Assembly: GCA_902384455.1 (NCBI GenBank)
Contig: CABMCB010000076.1
Coordinates: 1 to 39,599 of the forward strand
DNA length: 39,599 bases
Direction: 5' to 3'
From: an uncultured archaeon
Lineage (GTDB): Archaea > Altiarchaeota > Altiarchaeia > IMC4 > SCGC-AAA252-I15
Below the pieces are notes generated by a model. It saw only the letters and a program-made list of their open reading frames with translations. It was not told where the DNA came from and searched no databases. Positions 36,451 through 39,599 of the stretch are shown one piece after another. Numbering within the stretch: position 1 is the first letter of the stretch; each line of letters opens with the position of its first letter. The translations under genes and the position numbers were made by a program.

Positions 36451-38286
36451 ATGACGGACTACGGGGCGTTGGGGTTCAAATGCGGCCTGGAAATCCACCA
36501 GCAATTGGACACCGCAAAGCTGTTCTGCCCGTGCCCGTCAGTAATGAGGGAAGACGCCCCGCACCTAATCGTCCAAAGGAAAATGCGGGCGGTAGCAGGC
36601 GAACTGGGCGAAGTCGACCGCGCCGCGCTACACGAATTCCTTAAGGGACGCACACTACACTACGAAGCGTACCATGACACCAACTGCCTCGTGGAACTTG
36701 ACGAAGAGCCCCCTCACGACCTAAACAACGACGCACTCGAAGTCGCACTCACAGTCGCACTACTATTGAACGCTCGGCCCGTGGACGAACTGCACGTGAT
36801 GAGGAAGACTGTGGTTGACGGAAGCAACACCACAGGATTCCAGCGCACAATACTTGTTGCGGAAGACGGCTTCATAGAGACTTCTTTGGGGAAAGTGGGC
36901 GTGCCGTCAATCTGCCTTGAGGAGGACGCCGCCAGGAAAATATCCGAGAAAAGCGGCGACGTCACATACCGTCTGGATCGCCTGGGCATACCTCTTGTGG
37001 AGATAGCCACAGACGCCACCATAAAATCCCCCGAACACGCCCGCGAAGTCGCAGAAGCCCTAGGAAACATGCTTAGAGCCTGCCGCGTCAAAAGGGGGCT
37101 TGGCACAATACGCCAAGACCTCAACGTCAGCGTCAAAGGCGGAGCCAGAGTGGAAGCCAAAGGCGTCCAAGAACTAAAGCTCATATCAGAAGTAGTCAAA
37201 AAAGAAGTCGAACGCCAGCAGGCTCTGATTGAAGCCCGCGAAACCCTCAAAAAAAGAGGGGTAACGGAAAAAGACTTCGACGCCCACCCCACAGAACTAA
37301 CAGACCTACTCAAAAACACTCAGTCAACAATACTCAAGAAAAACGCGGAAAAAGGCGGCATAATACTCGCAACCAAACTCAAAGGATGCGCAGGAGAACT
37401 CAAAGGCAAACTAGGCCCAGAACTCGCAGGATACGCAAGAAGCCTAGCCGGAGTCGGAGGAATATTCCACAGCGACGAACTACCCTCCTACGGAATCACA
37501 GCCGAAGAAGTCGCAGCCATCACAAAACACCTGAAACTAACCGAAGAAGACGCATTCGCACTCGTAGCCGCACCCAAAAAACAGGCCGAAGAAGCAATCA
37601 AAGCAACAACAACCCGCGCAAAAAAAGCCCTCCACGGAGTGCCCGAAGAAACAAGACGCGCACTGGAAGACGGCCGCACCGAATTCATGCGGCCTCTGCC
37701 TGGTTCAGCGCGGATGTATCCTGAGACTGATGAGCCGCCGATTGCGGTCACGGCCGAAAAGATTGCGTCCCTTAAGTCGCGTCTGCCTGAGCTGCGCCAA
37801 GACAAGGCAGCTCGCTACGAAAAGGCGGGATTATCAAAGGAACTTGCGGGTCAGCTTGCCAAATCGCAGGAATCAGCCTTGTTTGACGAGCTAATCGAAG
37901 AAACCAAAGTCGATGTGACGATGCTTGCTCACCTTCTCCTTCAAGCCCCAAAGGAAGCCAAGAAAAGATTCCAAGCTTCAACCGAGTCCCTAACAGACGG
38001 CCACTTCCGCGCAACAGCCCACCTTCTTGCCGAAGGCAAAATAAGCAAGGATGCGGCAGTGGAACTGCTCGCTAAAATATCGCAGCACCCGAAGGAAGAC
38101 GTCCTTAAAACTGCGGAAAAAAACAACCTCACATCACTCTCGGAAAAAGACCTGAAACATCTCATAGACGAAGTCAAAAAGAAAAACCCCGAAACAGCAG
38201 GAAACCCAAACGCAATTCTCGGCCGCATTATGGCTGAAGCCAAGGGGCGGGCTGATCCCGCCACGGTGCTGAGGTTGCTGAGATGA
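36451..38286 (+). CDS. gatE: Glutamyl-tRNA(Gln) amidotransferase subunit E
   Basis: KCGLEIHQQL..KLFC, DEEPP, MRK.V+DGSNT.GFQRT, RGLGTIRQD.N, HSDELP.YG, RPLPG.ARMYPETD. Confidence 0.97.
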   Translation: MTDYGALGFKCGLEIHQQLDTAKLFCPCPSVMREDAPHLIVQRKMRAVAGELGEVDRAALHEFLKGRTLHYEAYHDTNCLVELDEEPPHDLNNDALEVALTVALLLNARPVDELHVMRKTVVDGSNTTGFQRTILVAEDGFIETSLGKVGVPSICLEEDAARKISEKSGDVTYRLDRLGIPLVEIATDATIKSPEHAREVAEALGNMLRACRVKRGLGTIRQDLNVSVKGGARVEAKGVQELKLISEVVKKEVERQQALIEARETLKKRGVTEKDFDAHPTELTDLLKNTQSTILKKNAEKGGIILATKLKGCAGELKGKLGPELAGYARSLAGVGGIFHSDELPSYGITAEEVAAITKHLKLTEEDAFALVAAPKKQAEEAIKATTTRAKKALHGVPEETRRALEDGRTEFMRPLPGSARMYPETDEPPIAVTAEKIASLKSRLPELRQDKAARYEKAGLSKELAGQLAKSQESALFDELIEETKVDVTMLAHLLLQAPKEAKKRFQASTESLTDGHFRATAHLLAEGKISKDAAVELLAKISQHPKEDVLKTAEKNNLTSLSEKDLKHLIDEVKKKNPETAGNPNAILGRIMAEAKGRADPATVLRLLR

Positions 38287-38338
38287 TGAGGGTTTTTCGG
38301 TTTTTTTCCCTTAAATGCAATAGAAATACACATTCAAA

Positions 38339-39120
38339 ATGAGTTCCGTTGCGTTTAAACCGATTTTTTTGTCGTTGCTTATAGCCGTTTTTTTCTCCCA
38401 CTTAGTGTCTGCTCAGGGAATCGGCGACGGAAAAACAAACATCAGCGTCGTAATCCTCAATGAGCCCCCCAGGGTGGACTGGGTGAAAGCCACCGACCCC
38501 TTCATCTTATCCTCCAACAGCAGCGTCGGATGGTGCAACATAACCGCGCGGGACCCAAACGGCGGAGACGACGTAGTCCTAGACAAAATATTAGTGTGGC
38601 ATAAAGAGACTTCCTCCGAGTCGTCGCCAGACAACCCAGAAGACCACTACACATTCAAAGAAGCGATGGTCAAAGACTACCGCACAGTATACCGAGACCT
38701 ATACGTTCCATTCCGCCTTCAAGGAGCCGCAAAACCCGGCGAATGGATATGCAAAGGCTACGTGAAAGACCACGAAAACCAGTCCGCCAACGGCCAGACA
38801 AACTTCACCGTCATAACCGCCTCATGCTACAACAACTACTTAAACGAAGGCGAAGAACTCACAGACTGCGGCGGACCATGCGCCGCCTGCCTGATAGCGA
38901 CGCCCGCATACATCGAAGGAAACATAGGGTCTGAAGTCAACGCCACCGAAAACCTGACGACCAACATCAAAACGCCGCACATAATCACTGAATACCAAAT
39001 CACAGACCTAACATCGCAGGCAGGCACAATACCCTCGCAAAACATTCGCATCCTGCCCGCGAACATAAGCGTGCCAGGAAACGAAACCAAAACATACTTC
39101 CCAATAATATACGTCAACCT
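38339..39120 (+). CDS. Secreted/surface protein with Ig-like repeat and Cys-rich motif; reliable only to about 39115 (ORF track extends it to 39469)
   Basis: Signal peptide, NEPP...WCN.T.RD.NG..D domain, CYNNYLNEGEELTDCGGPCAAC motif; sequence degrades after YVN. Confidence 0.7.
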
Positions 39121-39169
39121 CCGCCCGGCAGCGGCCGGCGCGGGGGGCTCGGGGGGCGGGGCGGTTCTA

Positions 39170-39599
39170 CGAGAGCCGACTGGGGCCGCCTCGGTCCATC
39201 ATTATTTTTTTGCAGGGCATTGTTCCTTTTGGGGGGTTGGAGGGTCGGGGTATTGGGGCGACGGGGCGGCCAATTGTTTGGGCGTTTGGGTTTGGGTTAG
39301 GGTGCTGTCGTTTTTGGTTATTGTTTGGATTGTGGTGCCTGTTGGGGGGGTTATTGTGAGTAGTGTTGTTTTGCTGTCGTTTTTGCCGTTGAAGTCTCTG
39401 GGTGTGGCGTTGCACCAGAGGGTTGTTGAGGTTTTTTGGCGGAATACTGGGTCTGTGACCGTTAAGTAGAGGATTTGCGGTGGGCTGTTTGGGGTTGATG
39501 CTTTGACTGTTAATGTGAATGTTGTGGTTGCAGTCGTGTTTGTTTTTACTGTGACTATTCCCGAGTATGTTGCGGGGGATGTTGCTGGGGGGATGTTGA
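39170..39599 (-). other. Inverted fragment encoding the continuation of the 38339 surface protein
   Basis: Minus strand reads NIPPATSPATYSGIVTVK...NSPPQILYLTVTDPV...WCNATPRDFNGKND, paralogous to that protein's first domain. Confidence 0.7.

Noticed and set aside
39114-39599. DGR template/variable repeat pair or shufflon
   Set aside because: Differences are not adenine-specific (C and T also change, almost all to G), and no reverse transcriptase or recombinase is present; an artefact is more likely

Overview
Archaeal genomic window. Evidence: archaeal-type riboflavin synthase, rpl10e, aEF-1beta, Cdc6/Orc1, Sm/rpl37e, Rnp4, AglB, Nob1, PriS and GatE; orphan genes and Thr-rich surface proteins hint at a DPANN/Altiarchaeota-like lineage (inference only). 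Most of it is housekeeping: translation, replication, riboflavin synthesis, N-glycosylation and two tRNA-Val genes. The most unusual part is an accessory block (about 6837-11311) between ribB-ribC-ribH and a RibD-C-like gene. It holds two inverted copies of a 50-bp promoter/operator, which precede a tandem pair of tiny AbrB-like genes and an unannotated 41-aa peptide gene. It also holds a TrmB-like regulator followed by a cupin, a Zn-less ThiF/E1-like adenylyltransferase and a truncated homocitrate-synthase-like enzyme, together a candidate new biosynthetic or peptide-modifying system. Other notable items: a ~190-nt structured element with alternative pairings upstream of cdc6; a 14-aa KKKK...CGCC micropeptide behind a membrane-anchored regulator; kb-scale mosaic A/C vs G/T strand skew; and a probably mis-assembled, inverted window end. 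All calls come from reading the sequence; no searches were run.
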